Shown: positions 28,210 to 40,600 of the stretch, in pieces
Layout of the letters: each line of letters starts with the position of its first letter
Numbering within the stretch: the stretch's first letter is position 1
Assembly (NCBI GenBank): GCA_048128005.1
Contig: JBEUKZ010000107.1
Coordinates: forward strand, 310,001-374,000
Origin: Veleropilina oligotropha
Lineage: Eukaryota
DNA length: 64,000 bases
Direction: 5' to 3'
Notes under the pieces: generated by a model
The model's database searches: none
The model's input: the letters and a program-made list of their open reading frames with translations, nothing else
Told to the model about the DNA's origin: nothing
Position numbers and translations under genes: made by a program

Positions 28210-28497
28210 CTAATAGGAAATTTGGGTGAGGTATATTGCAGCCATGCGGAGAAACTCTCTCTCGAAGGCCCTGCGCTTTCGTTGACAGTCCTTAACGTTC
28301 TCATTGTGATACCCACAGCCCTGACACAGCGTAAACCGGTTGAAAACGCCCTTCCCGCATTTGCTGCAGGGTTTTGTGCCCCGGCCATTTCGCCGTTGCC
28401 GAGCCAGGTGGACTTTGCAATACTCGCTCAGACATCTCTTACCACATAGCTCCGTGGAGCTGATGGTGAGCCATTGACAGGTGTCCGTTCCCCACAT
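28210..28497 (-). CDS. Small zinc-finger-like protein
   Basis: 95 aa; Cys/His pattern conserved with element A. Confidence 0.7.
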   Translation of the reverse strand: MWGTDTCQWLTISSTELCGKRCLSEYCKVHLARQRRNGRGTKPCSKCGKGVFNRFTLCQGCGYHNENVKDCQRKRRAFEREFLRMAAIYLTQISY

Positions 28498-28646
28498 CGT
28501 ATCCTTTGCAGTGGGTATATCCTGTGATATGGGTATGTCTAAAAGCGAGCCCGGGCCGGCGAGGGTAACGGGCCGTCCCTACGGACTCTTACTACATACT
28601 ACTATATCGGCATGTTAGACGCTGTGTAGTTATACTTGAAATCAAC

Positions 28647-28892
28647 ATGCCGCAGAAAGACGTTCCCATGTTGCTCAGCGCGAAAAGTTCCCGCCGCAAG
28701 GCCCCTGCCAAGGCTCCTGCCAAGGCTCCTGCCAAGGCTCCTGCCAAGGCTCCTGCCAAGACTCCTGCCAAGGCTCCTGCCAAGGCTCCTGCCAAGGCTC
28801 CTGCCAAGGCTCCTGCCAAGACTCCTGCCAAGGCTCCTGCCAAGGCCCCCGCCAAGGCCCCTGCCAAGGCTCCTGCCAAACGTCGTCCCTAG
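28647..28892 (+). CDS. Basic (PAKA)n repeat protein, histone H1-tail-like
   Basis: 12-bp tandem repeat AAGGCTCCTGCC read as KAPA about 15 times after MPQKDV...; start context shared with element A. Confidence 0.55.
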   Translation: MPQKDVPMLLSAKSSRRKAPAKAPAKAPAKAPAKAPAKTPAKAPAKAPAKAPAKAPAKTPAKAPAKAPAKAPAKAPAKRRP

Positions 28893-29016
28893 TCCCACCC
28901 CTGCTGTGTACACACGGTAACTTTTTGCAATACAATCCCTACCCCGGGGGTCTGAAAGGGTGCTGGGAGCCTTAATTTCCCTCGCCGCGCCCCCACATAA
29001 AAGGTATGGTCACCCC

Positions 29017-29232
29017 CCCTGCTGCTGCTGGTTTTATGCCTGAAAAACTGCCCCTATTAGAGTACACTCACCCCCCCTGCTGACTAGTCCGAGCTACCCT
29101 GAGTTCTGAAATGGTGCTGGGAGCCTTATTTTCCCATTCTAAAAAGTCTACTGACCCCCCCTGCTGCTGCTGCTGGTTTTATGCCTGAAAAACTGCCCCT
29201 ATTAGAGTACACTCACCCCCCCTGCTGCTGCT
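29017..29232 (-). repeat. Right TIR of element B
   Basis: Reverse complement of 13483-13695, followed by TAGTT. Confidence 0.95.
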
Positions 29233-29664
29233 TAGTTAAAAGTTTTCGGTTAAACTTTTTCAAGAGTGCTTATAGATTGCTCATTGCACTTTTTTGCACA
29301 CTTATAATCCTTTGTTGCTGGCTATATTGATGTTAGCTGCTAGCCTGGCAGTGTTATTGAACAAAATTTAATATAAAAATTTGAGTTAAATTTTTTAGGT
29401 TAAAGTTATTTTATTATTGCATATAGGTATAGTAAAGCACTTTTTTAATGCATATACTGTGGTGTTCGTCATATTGACAATACCTGCTATCCTGGAAGTG
29501 ATATTTAATAAAATTTAAAATAAATAAAATAAAATGTTTTTTGACATAGAAATGTAGTAAACATTTTCGGTTTAAGTTATTCAATTACCGTATGGTGCAA
29601 GCATATGCATTGGTGTATGCTTCATAGTTGTTACCTGCTATTGTTACAGTTATATTAATTATAA

Positions 29665-31106
29665 TTATGCCCCGGGACGGTAGTCCCGAAGGGCATATTG
29701 CTTTCACTGCGTCTGTACGTACATACGTCCGTCCGTCCGTATGTCCGTACGTACGTACGTCCGTCCGCACGTCCGTCCGCAGATTTGGTTAAAGTTTTTG
29801 GTTAATGTTTTTCTTACATTTATTGGAGGAATATCAATACCAAACCTTTTCATATGGATAATACATATCATAATCCTTCATTTAAGACCCAAATTTAATA
29901 AAAATAATTTTAATTTATAGTTTAAAATGACGCATTTGAACATAGATTTTTTCATGAAAAAAAGGATTCGGTTAAAGTTTTTCTTACATTTATTTGAGCG
30001 ATATCAATACCAAACCTTTTCATATGCATAATACACATCATTATCCTTCATGTAAGACCCATATTTAAAAAAAAATATTTTATTTTATTTTGTAAAATGA
30101 CGTATTTGAACATAGAATTGTTGTAGGAAAAATGGGATTCGGTTAAAGTTTTTAGTTGAAGGTTTTCTTACATTTAATGGATGGATATCAATACCAAACC
30201 TTTTCATATGGATATTGCACATCATAATCCTTCATTTAAGACCCAAATTTAATAAAAATAATTTTGATTTATATTGTAAAATGATGTATTTGTACGTAGG
30301 CTTTTTCAGGAAAAAAGGAATTCGGTTTAAGTTTTTAGTTGAAGATTTTCTTATATTTTGATATTGATTATATGGATGTTACCTGATTCTCTGGCAGTGA
30401 TATTGAATAAAATTTAATTTAATTTATGCAAATAAATTGGTGTTTTTGAACATAGAAATTATGATTAGAATTTACGGTTGAAGTTTTTCATTGAGCGTAT
30501 ATGGCTTGCTTAAGGGACTCTTCGGCATATATTATATGCTTTGGTATTGATTATATGAATGTTACCTAAGACTGGCAGTGATTTTTGATAAAATTGAGTT
30601 AATTATTGCAAATAAATTGGTGATTTTTAACATAGAAATTCTTATTAGAATTTTCAGTTAAATTTTTTATTAAGGGTCTTTTCGGCAAATGTATGCTTTG
30701 GTATTGATTATATGGATGTTACCTGGGACTCTGGTAGTGATATTTAATAAAATTGAATTCATTATAATAATTGCAAATAAATATGTGTTTTTTAGCATAG
30801 AAATTCTGGTTAAAGTTTTCCTGTTTATGTGTATGGGTTGCGGAAGGCTCTATTCAGAATATATTTATATGCTTTGGTATTATTATATGGATGTCACATG
30901 GCAGTGATAGTGACTAAAATATAATTTAATTATTGCATAAAATTGGTGTTTTTAGACATAGAAACTTTGTTAAAATTTTCGGTTAAAATATTTTTAAGGA
31001 GTTCACATGGGTGATCAAGCCGCTTTTTGTATACACATACTTTGGTAGTTAATATATTGATGCTGCCGGGGCATACCCATGTTCCGGGGAACATAGTTTT
31101 TCTAGT
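29665..31106 (+). mobile_element. Nested non-autonomous Helentron-like (HINE-like) element
   Basis: 5' TTATGCCCC...GGGCATA, GTCC/GTAC microsatellite, degenerate tandem cores, 3' GGGGCATA plus hairpin ATGTTCC-GG-GGAACAT, ending CTAGT. Confidence 0.7.
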
Positions 31107-32164
31107 TTAATTTAAATATTCTGTGAAATTTTATTTAAAGTTTCTGGCTAAATTATTTTCAGTGAGTGCATATGGGTTGACTTTGTGATGCTACATGCTG
31201 CTCTGGCAGTGATGTTGCATTCATTTTAACGCAATGCTGTGTTAAATTTGTGTATTTGGACATAGAAATTTTAATTAATTTTACACAAATAATATGTTAC
31301 ATTTGCAAGTTTGGACATAGTTATTCAATTGGTGCATGTGTGCTGCTCAAGATATATTTTAAAAATGTATATGTTGTTGATAAATCTAGGGATTAAAGAC
31401 CAATTTAGATAAAAAATCTCCATACCATCAAAACACTGTACTAAATCTATTTCTTGCATATATTGACAAAATGCTTTACCGCGGGGGATACCGCTATATC
31501 GATAGCACTTGTTTCTTCCTGAAATACCTGTAAATTATGTTACTTACCTGGTATTACCTGACTTCGGACGATATATCTTTAGGAATTTGAGGTACATTTT
31601 GATGCAGCAACAACTTATACACTCCATTACATTTCCCAAGCAAAATTAAAATGTTGCAGTTGTACATTTGTTTATTTGCATTGAATTCACATGCAGGCAC
31701 TGTGTGAATATCATATGACTACCTGTATTACCTGCAATAAATTACTATGATACCCAGTTATTTTTTCTCATTTCATAACTAATATGTATGCCATTAGGAT
31801 TTCATGGATATTTGATAAAATACAACAACACAAGAATTAATATAAAACTTTTATTGTAAATTTCTTCCTGAAATACATGTAAATTCTGCTACTCACCTGT
31901 TATTACCTGGCTTTGGGCACGACATCTTTTGAAATATGAGGTACATTTTGATGTAGCAATAACATATGCTGAAGGTGACAAAGTTTAATTAATCTATGAT
32001 AGACAGTTTTCAAATTGTGGTGCAGAGAATAAGTATGACCATTTTAGTCAATATTTTGGTTATTAATGTGAATACATAGGCTATATAAGCCGATTGGTAA
32101 TGTAAATGCTAAAGGGTTAAACCATGATACATTCTTTTGGTCAAATGACAGGTCAATGGATTCA

Positions 32165-34620
32165 TTATCCCACGCCAAAATTTTTTTGCAGAGGATATTA
32201 AAATGCAGAACGTCCGTGCAAATTATCTTTTCCGGAGCATATTATCTTTTCCGGAGCATATCTCATACACCGCTCGAAATAACTTTTCGAAACTTCCTGG
32301 GTGTATTAAGTACTCAGTGAACTGGTGCCTTTTGCTAGCTTCGATGTCGTGTCGCTGTTATTGATAGAGTTATTGCCCTTGTTTTAAATTCATTAATGTT
32401 TTCTTTTCTGGAGCGTAGCTCGTACACCGCTTGACATAAATGTACGAAGCTTGCTGGATGTATTCAGTAGTCGGTAAACTGGTGCCTTTTGCTAGTTTCG
32501 ACGTTGTGCGGCGATCATTAACAGAGTTATTTCCCTTGTTCTAAATTCGTTAAAATGTTATCTTTTCCAGAGCGTATCTCATACACCGCTCGCTATAACT
32601 TTACAAAACTTGCTGGGTGTGTTAAGTTGTCGGTGAACTGGTGCATTTTGCTAGTTTCGGTGTTGTGCGTCGATTATTAACAGGGTTATTGCCCTTGATG
32701 TAATTTGTTAATGTTCTCCTTTCCGAAGCGTATCTCATAAACCGTTCTGCATCACTTTATGCAATTTGTTGGGTGTATTAAGCAGTTGTTGAACTGGTGC
32801 CTTTCGTTAATTTCATCGTTTTACATCAAATATTAACAGAGTTATTGCAGGGCTGGACAAATGCACCAGCCCGACGCCCGGGACTAGTGAAAAATCGCAA
32901 ATTATGCAATCGGACTAGTGTGGATGTATATCGAGATAGCCCGCCGGACTAGTATGTTTTGTTTGTAGCAAAAAGAGCTTCGCTCAACGTGTTTTCAAAA
33001 TCGAAATGCACTACGTTTTGGTCAAATCTCACGTCAGTTTTGCGAAATAATCCCCATCAAATATGTTGTCTGTATATTTTGAGCAATCAAATATTTACAC
33101 AATATCAATTAACAGTTGTTTATTCAAAGACAAACTAGTCACAGCTAATTACCTTCTATTGTATCTGAAAGCAAATGGCCAGGCAAATTATAATCAACAA
33201 TGTCTCCTTGACCTTCGCCTGAAGTAATCCTAGAACTTGACAATGGAAGCGGAAGTGTGGAATTGGGGGTGTGACTAGCTTAAATAATTTCCTGTGTGTA
33301 TAGATAATGAATTAAAGAAAGTAAAAATTAAAATACAACAACACATGGAGTGTTTGCTTAGATAAATATACCAGCATGATGATATAATAACGAAAGTTGC
33401 ATCCAGTTGTAAGAAAGTTGTATGTTAATATAAACCTAACCTTCCCCATCTGGGAGAGTTCAATACCTTCCCCGCCATTTTGCTCACTTACGAGGTTATT
33501 TAATTAATGCAACCTTTGTATATAAGCATAAAATAGTTTAGTTTAAAATTGCATTGCAACATGCATAAGAAAGAAAATAAATTAAAATGAAACTTGAAAA
33601 TTAACAAATCACGTCTGTGGGAGAACTGTTAGAATCAAAGGGAGATAACTAAAAATTATAATATAATTGGGAATGTTCTAAAAAATTGAAAATTACAAAA
33701 TATTAATACTCAAACTTCAAAATAATTTCTTTTACAATTAATTTAATAGTATTTTATATCATGTAAATTCATGCAGATTGGTATTAGATAAATAACTGAT
33801 ATAATAATAAACACTTAATTTTAAATATTATAAAATGGTGATTCTATCATTACCTATGGCTTAAAAAATATATTACAAAGCTGAGTTCAATTTTTTCAGT
33901 CAATGTCGTTGTTATTGATATAAAAGTGAAATTATTTAAAACAAGAACGATGCGTTCGGATTATGTCTTGACCTTTGTCTGCTAGGACCATCTGTTGTAT
34001 ATAGTGTATGTTAAATGTGATTATACAATCTAACATATTCATATGATGTATTTACTTCCAACTCATGATTTTATGACAGATGACACGGACCATTTGATAA
34101 TGTCTTGTCCTTTTATGTAATTTGATACTAGTATGTTTGCGCACATAAATAAAATTTTAAATTTGTACATAAATGTTCATTTTCAGTGTTGAAGACCATA
34201 AATGCGTGTAATGAAGAAGGATCAAACTCTATCACCACCTCACCCTGGACATTAATATTATTTATAACATTTCGGAAAAGTCGGGCTAGTGTGACATTGA
34301 GCAGGGCTAGTAAGATGTTGAATCCAACTAGCCCTTGGGCTAGTAACTTTTTTTCAAATTTGTCCAGCCCTGGTTATTGCCCTTACTTTAATTTTGTTAT
34401 TCACGACTATATTTCATACAGTGCTTGACTTATCATTACAAAACTTGGTTGGTATATTCAGTAGTTGGTTAACTGTTGCCTTTTCATCATTTTGACGTTG
34501 CGTCATGATTAATGACAGAGTTATTGCCCTTGTTATTATTTAAATCAACGATATTGTTTCAAGAACATACAGCATATAGTGAATGTACCATTGCGGGGGA
34601 TATTGATGGCTTTGTTTTGT
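32165..34620 (+). mobile_element. HINE-like element with ~158-bp tandem cores, interrupted by a TIR element
   Basis: Same family as 50676-51782; 5' TTATCCC..GGATA, 3' GGGGGATATTGATGG. Confidence 0.7.
32848..34372. mobile_element. Non-autonomous TIR DNA transposon (hAT- or P-like)
   Basis: TIR CAGGGCTGGACAAAT / ATTTGTCCAGCCCTG; GTTATTG duplicated on both sides; no transposase ORF. Confidence 0.8.
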
Positions 34621-34697
34621 TGTTATATATTGACTTCCCGATCGGTGAACATCATTGCTCTGATGAAGATCACATAACAACGGTTTATATTCTGTAG

Positions 34698-37600
34698 ATG
34701 AATTGAAAAAGAAAGGGAACTATGCAGATGGAGAACAGCACTACCTCGTATATCAGCGGACGAAAGAAGATCTGAGTTTAACGGTGAGTTCACAGCTAAG
34801 CGTTACCCATTTGTCTGAAGCAGTTAAATTGTAAATTAATAGAATTGACAGTAAGCAATACATCCAAATACAATACTAGTGTATTCTTGTATTTTGCATT
34901 TGAAATTCACACTCCAAGCTTACCTGTAAAAAAAATATTTGCGTGAATGTTTTGTGTGTATGTATACTATTTAATAGATAAATGTTGAAGTTTCTGATTT
35001 TTATTTTCGTCAACAAGCATGCTACCCTTTATTATTTGCCATAGAAAATCATGTTACTTAAAACAGGTGCTCACTGTATCAGACCTGGCAACATTGGAAA
35101 ATCATGTTACTTAAAACAGTTGCTCACTGTATGAGACCAGGTGCTCACTGTATGAGACCAGGTGCTCACTGTATCAGACCTGGTGCTCACTGTATCAGAC
35201 CTGGTGCTCACTGTATCAGACCAGGTGCTCACTGTATCAGACCAGGTGCTCACTGTATCAGACCAGGGGCTCACTGTATCAGACCAGGTGCTCACTGTAT
35301 CAGACCAGGTGCTCACTGTATCAGACCAGGTGCTCACTGTATCAGACCAGGTGCTCACTGTATCAGACCAGGTGCTCACTGTATCAGACCAGGTGCTCAC
35401 TGTATCAGACCAGGTGCTCACTGTATCAGACCAGGTGCTCACTGTATCAGACCAGGTGCTCACTGTATCAGACCAGGTGCTCACTGTATCAGACCAGGTG
35501 CTCACTGTATCAGACCAGGTGCTCACTGTATCAGACCTGGTGCTCACTGTATCAGACCTGGTGCTCACTGTATCAGACCAGGTGCTCACTGTATCAGACC
35601 AGGTGCTCACTGTATCAGACCAGGTGCTCACTGTATCAGACCAGGTGCTCACTGTATCAGACCTGGTGCTCACTGTATCAGACCTGGTGCTCACTGTATC
35701 AGACCAGGTGCTCACTGTATCAGACCAGGTGCTCACTGTATCAGACCAGGTGCTCACTGTATCAGACCAGGTGCTCACTGTATCAGACCTGGTGCTCACT
35801 GTATCAGACCAGGTGCTCACTGTATCAGACCTGGTGCTCACTGTATCAGACCAGGTGCTCACTGTATCAGACCAGGTGCTCACTGTATCAGACCAGGTGC
35901 TCACTGTATCAGACCAGGTGCTCACTGTATCAGACCAGGTGCTCACTGTATCAGACCAGGTGCTCACTGTATCAGACCTGGTGCTCACTGTATCAGACCA
36001 GGTGCTCACTGTATCAGACCAGGTGCTCACTGTATCAGACCAGGTGCTCACTGTATCAGACCAGGTGCTCACTGTATCAGACCTGGTGCTCACTGTATCA
36101 GACCAGGTGCTCACTGTATCAGACCAGGTGCTCACTGTATCAGACCAGGTGCTCACTGTATCAGACCTGGTGCTCACTGTATCAGACCAGGTGCTCACTG
36201 TATCAGACCAGGTGCTCACTGTATCAGACCAGGTGCTCACTGTATCAGACCAGGTGCTCACTGTATCAGACCTGGCAACATTGGAAAATGCCAAAGGGGG
36301 AGATTTTCTCAAGACGTCGCGATATATCAAATTGTTGCGTATATATATATATCAGGTGGCCAATAAAAAACTTCCCGAACTTTAAAGGTTAATAACTTTG
36401 CAAGTAACCACTATGTTGTTATGAAACTTCACACAACTCATATATATGATGTTTTTGATATTTGCTGAAAGTTTCAAGTCTCTGTCACATATTTTTTCTG
36501 CTGTTGGATAATTAATAACAAAGTCATAAACAGCAATGACAGACAATAGTTGTCATATGTGACACTAACAAGATACACGTGCGGTGTTATGGATGGCAGC
36601 CTTCAATTAAAATTTTGTCAATAGCATGTGTTTTATCTGTCTGGCATGTATGTTTTGTTAAAATTTCAGTCTTGTTCCGAATAGGCTGAGAGCTTGATGT
36701 TTGCTATCTTGGTTATATTATTATAACATGGTATTTAATCAGAGTGATAAAGCAGTTATTGAGGCATGTTTCAAGGAAAAGGGCTGGTGTGGTGCGAGGA
36801 TTATAAGGGAACTCCCTGATAAAAAGTGGAATGTGCGAACAGTCAACCGCCTTATTGAGAGAATAAGGACTTCAGGTTCTACCAGTAGAAAACAAGGTAG
36901 TGGAAGGCCAAGAACCGCAAATACTGAAACAAATAAGTTTACATGCAAGAAGCAATTGTGTCGCAGGAGGACAAGCCAGGGACAAGTGGAAAATTGCCAA
37001 AGATCTGGGAATTTCCGCTAATCAGTTCAGAACATTACTCAAGAATTGGAATTAAAATCTTTCAAACGCTTAAAAGTTTCACGGCGGGATCAAACAATCA
37101 AACAAAAAAGGAAGACCCATTCAAAAAAGTTATACAGCATGTATTCCAAACAGGATGCAAAAAGACTTGTCTTTACGGACGAGAAAGACTTCACGTATGA
37201 GGTGGCACGTAACCGCCAAAACGATAGGGTGTACGGAAGGAAGAAAGGGGATATATCCACAACAAGACTGTACCATGAAACATCAAGGTTTACCAAGAAA
37301 ATAATGGTTTCTGCAGTTGTATCTTGGAATGGGAAATCGAAGCTTCACTTTATTGATACCAAAAAAGTGAAAGTTAACTCTGAGACTTATCAAAAACTAT
37401 TGGAAAAGGGACTCTTGCCTGATTTCCGTCGGCTCTATCCTGATGGAAGTTTTGTTTTCCAACAGGATGGGGCAACTTCGCACACAAGTAGGTCTATGCA
37501 AGCCTTCTTGGATCAGTCGGTGGATGAGTTCATAAAAAAGACGAGTGGCTACCCCAAAGTCCAGATCTTAACCCAATGGACTATTCCATTTGGAATAATA

Positions 37601-40600
37601 TGTCAGAGAAAGTGTACGAAGGACGTAAGATGTGTTTGATGAATGTGAACTAAAAAAGAGGCTGAAGAAATGCTGGGACAAAATATCTCTTAAGCCCCGT
37701 TTACATTACCAAATATAAGCCGGTTCGAAACCGGTTTAAAATAATGCGCATTATATTTGCGTGTCTAAACGCAAATAAGTCGACTTGAACCCGCTTAAAA
37801 AGAACCACCTCCTGATGTGGTTTGAAGCCGGCTTGAGAATTTTAATCCGATCCAGTTTGTAATGTAAACGCGCCATCTGACTTCAAACCGGTTAGCCTCG
37901 ATTTGAGTCGTATGCCTGTACATGATTCGACCTGTTGAGCAATGTTTATTTTGGCACTTCGGCAAAACATGCCTCTCGCCGACCTCCGATTACAAGGTGA
38001 TAACACCCACAGAAATAATCCTTATTTGTGTCTAAACGCAATTTAAGCCGGATTATTATAAACCGGTTCGAAACCGATTTATTTTAATGCGCATTATACT
38101 TGGTAGTGTAAACGGGGCTTTAGAGAGGTTAGAAGTACGATATCAAGTTGGAAAAAAAGACTCAGAGCAGTTTTTGAAGCAGATGGAGGCCATATTGATC
38201 ACTTCTTTCAGGTAATATATGATAACTATGCAGCTTTTTGGATGTTGCCCTTGCAGTTTATGACGTTTGTTTATATTTATCCTACTACAGAAAAAGTATG
38301 TGATATAGAGACTTGAAACTTTCAGAATATATTGTAAATGTTGTAAATGCTGATATTGAATATTCAGTATCGACATTAACAACATTTCTTTCATTGTTAG
38401 ATATGATAATCTCTAAACCAGCTTAGCATTATGTAAAGAACACATACAGATTGTGTCAGATTAATTGGCGTTAAAACCCCATATTACGGGACTGATTCTG
38501 GTTCAGGATCTTTGGCGTACGCAGACATAAGATACGTTTCATTCCAGTCTTGACGTGCAGCTAGTATAACATGATTATTTCTGTGAAGATAATTGTAGCA
38601 TGAAATTTATTTGTATGTTTATTTGTTTTAATTCGTCGACTTTAACTGACAGGTGGCCTTTGCATACGAGAACCAACCCATAAATGTGAGTAGTCATCTC
38701 TCCGGTTATTTCTAGCAACCACGATCGTCCCTGATTAAGTTCACGTCGTCGCATTCTGCATGTAACCCCTATAACCGTCAAAACAGAAAATGACTACGTC
38801 GCCATCGGCAATACTGGTCAAGTCTGTCTGGCTCTCACTCTGTACTAACAAAGCTGTTGCTAATTATTGTGGTGACATTCTTTGTAGGTTGTTCCTGTAG
38901 CATGTAGCGGATTCTTTTGTTGTTGGGTGTACTTACTATGCAATTTCTCATTAATGCTTTGCTGACTTCTAATTCTTGCAAATTCTTCAGCTGGTTGCCA
39001 TCTTTATAATCTTAAGGTTTGATAATACACTGTATGTACAGAAGTTTGTCAAACCTACACTAAATAAACTTGTCATTTAGAAATGCATCTGAAATGTAAT
39101 ACTATTTTAACCAGCAAAACTGGTAATTTTTATATTATTATTACATTATACTTCATTACATATTAAAATGTAATGTTGTGAACTGTAAGAAATAAAGAGC
39201 ATGTTATTTTGGATGTGATAATAATATATAAACAGCTAAAATTATTCACTCGTAAATACAATTTCACACGCGCTGTCTATTTCACTGCTTTTCACTAATT
39301 AATGTTCTTTTCATACAGATATTAGGGCCTGTCATGTCTGTTTCTGTCATAATTTTCAATATTTAAATGCAGTTAATATTTAAATATCAGATTATAAATT
39401 AAATCAGTGTAACAGGCCAACGTATACCGACTTCCTAGACTATTCCCGTGGTTTAAGTGGACTGAAGTTTTATACCGCTGGTATATTCTGGGTTAGTCCC
39501 CAGAAATGTCAGTTACCAAGTGCAATTAAGGCCCCATGCAATTGTCATGTCAGTTCTTTCTCTAGTCTGCCAACCTATGCGACCGCCCTTTGCGTCATGC
39601 CCGCTCTGGGTCATGTCAGTTCATCCTCTAGTCAAACAGCCGACCTATGGGACCGCGCTATGCGTCATGCCCCCTTGGGGTCGTGGGTCAATACTCACCC
39701 TCCACTCCAGGAATGGGCTAATTCTGGCATATTACACCGGATGATAGGAACTGAGTGGGATTCCGATCAGAATTCTTTAGCCATAGCTTAATAACAGAAT
39801 TTTTCAGCCATAACTGAATAACTGACTTGAAAAGCGACCAGAGCACAGGCTCAGCAAAATGTCAACATATGATTAGTTGAGGAATCGTTAATACAAAAAT
39901 ACAATGTATTGTCCACACCAATTATGAAGCTGATCAACTTTGAGAAATCCAACGAATTGATGCTGTGTTCAGTGGCGATATCGGTGATCAAGGGCGCCAT
40001 TCCTGACACATCCAGTTTGAGTTTGAATCAACAGTCTTAGGCTCTGAAGGCCATTGATGCACCGTGTTGCACCGGTAGACAAGTGAGTAAGCGTGGGGAC
40101 TCTGAATTCACTCGCTTGACTCAATCAGTATCTGTCTGACAAGAGTAGGTTCACCGTCACAGTTGTTTATAACGGTGGATATTCCCATATGACAGGATAT
40201 GTCCTGGTATGAATCAGAATGCAGCCATTGATGCACCCAACCACTCCGCTCCCAGTATATATCTGTATATGAGAAATTGTTGTTGTTGAAGACCTGAGTG
40301 TGCAATGTTTCAGTGTTTTACTCTCCCGGTTCATGGTTTCAGTGTTTTACTCTCCCGGTTCATGGTTTCAGTGTTTTACTCTCACGGTTCATGGTTTCAG
40401 TGTTTTACTCTCCCGGTTCATGGTTTCAGCTGGAGAAGGAGGCCATACAGAGTGTGCAGTACCCTTCCTACACGCTGGACAGCATCGACACCATCATGGT
40501 CGGGGGCCTTACCCTCAACGGGACAACCCGATTCGGAGAGCACAGTAAATTCAAAGGGTGCATAACAGGTATTCTATATATTAATTTGGTGTTCAAAATT

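Larger units (their letters stand above)
13483..29232. mobile_element. Element B: complete Polinton/Maverick-like endogenous virus, 15,750 bp
   Basis: 5'-AGCAGCAG...CTGCTGCT-3' termini, ~215-bp TIRs, TAGTT duplicated at 13478-13482 and 29233-29237, intact MCP, penton, ATPase, integrase and PolB fusion ORFs, sharp GC contrast with flanks. Confidence 0.95.
13098..31512 (+). mobile_element. Host non-autonomous Helentron-like (HINE-like) repeat, interrupted by element B and by a nested HINE; pieces 13098-13482, 29233-29664, 31107-31512
   Basis: GTCC microsatellite near 13113, shared core repeats (GACATAGAAAT..GTTAAAGTTTT), 3' GGGGGATA (31483-31490) plus hairpin GCTATATCGATAGC (31493-31506). Confidence 0.6.

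Noticed and set aside
28592..28935. Alternative frames of the 12-bp repeat (GALA, GRSL, PRLL, WQEP polymers)
   Set aside because: No ATG in conserved context; only the PAKA frame shares a start with element A.
13483..29232. Bacterial prophage or contaminant; Helitron (because of the Pif1-like helicase)
   Set aside because: Clean TIR/TSD junctions into a eukaryotic repeat, retroviral-type integrase, no HUH Rep motifs.
13483..29232. Adenain/Ulp1-like maturation protease gene
   Set aside because: No ORF shows the HW...D...Q..CG pattern; absence judged by eye only.
35104..36385. 400-aa ORFs in the 21-bp array, and similar ORFs at 42097-42703, 43293-43776, 52628-54690, 61461-62975
   Set aside because: Stop-free translations of minisatellites, open in several frames; no sign of coding.
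39400..40290. Moderately GC-richer intronic stretch with short ORFs
   Set aside because: No recognisable motif or splice-consistent exon; probably a decayed repeat.
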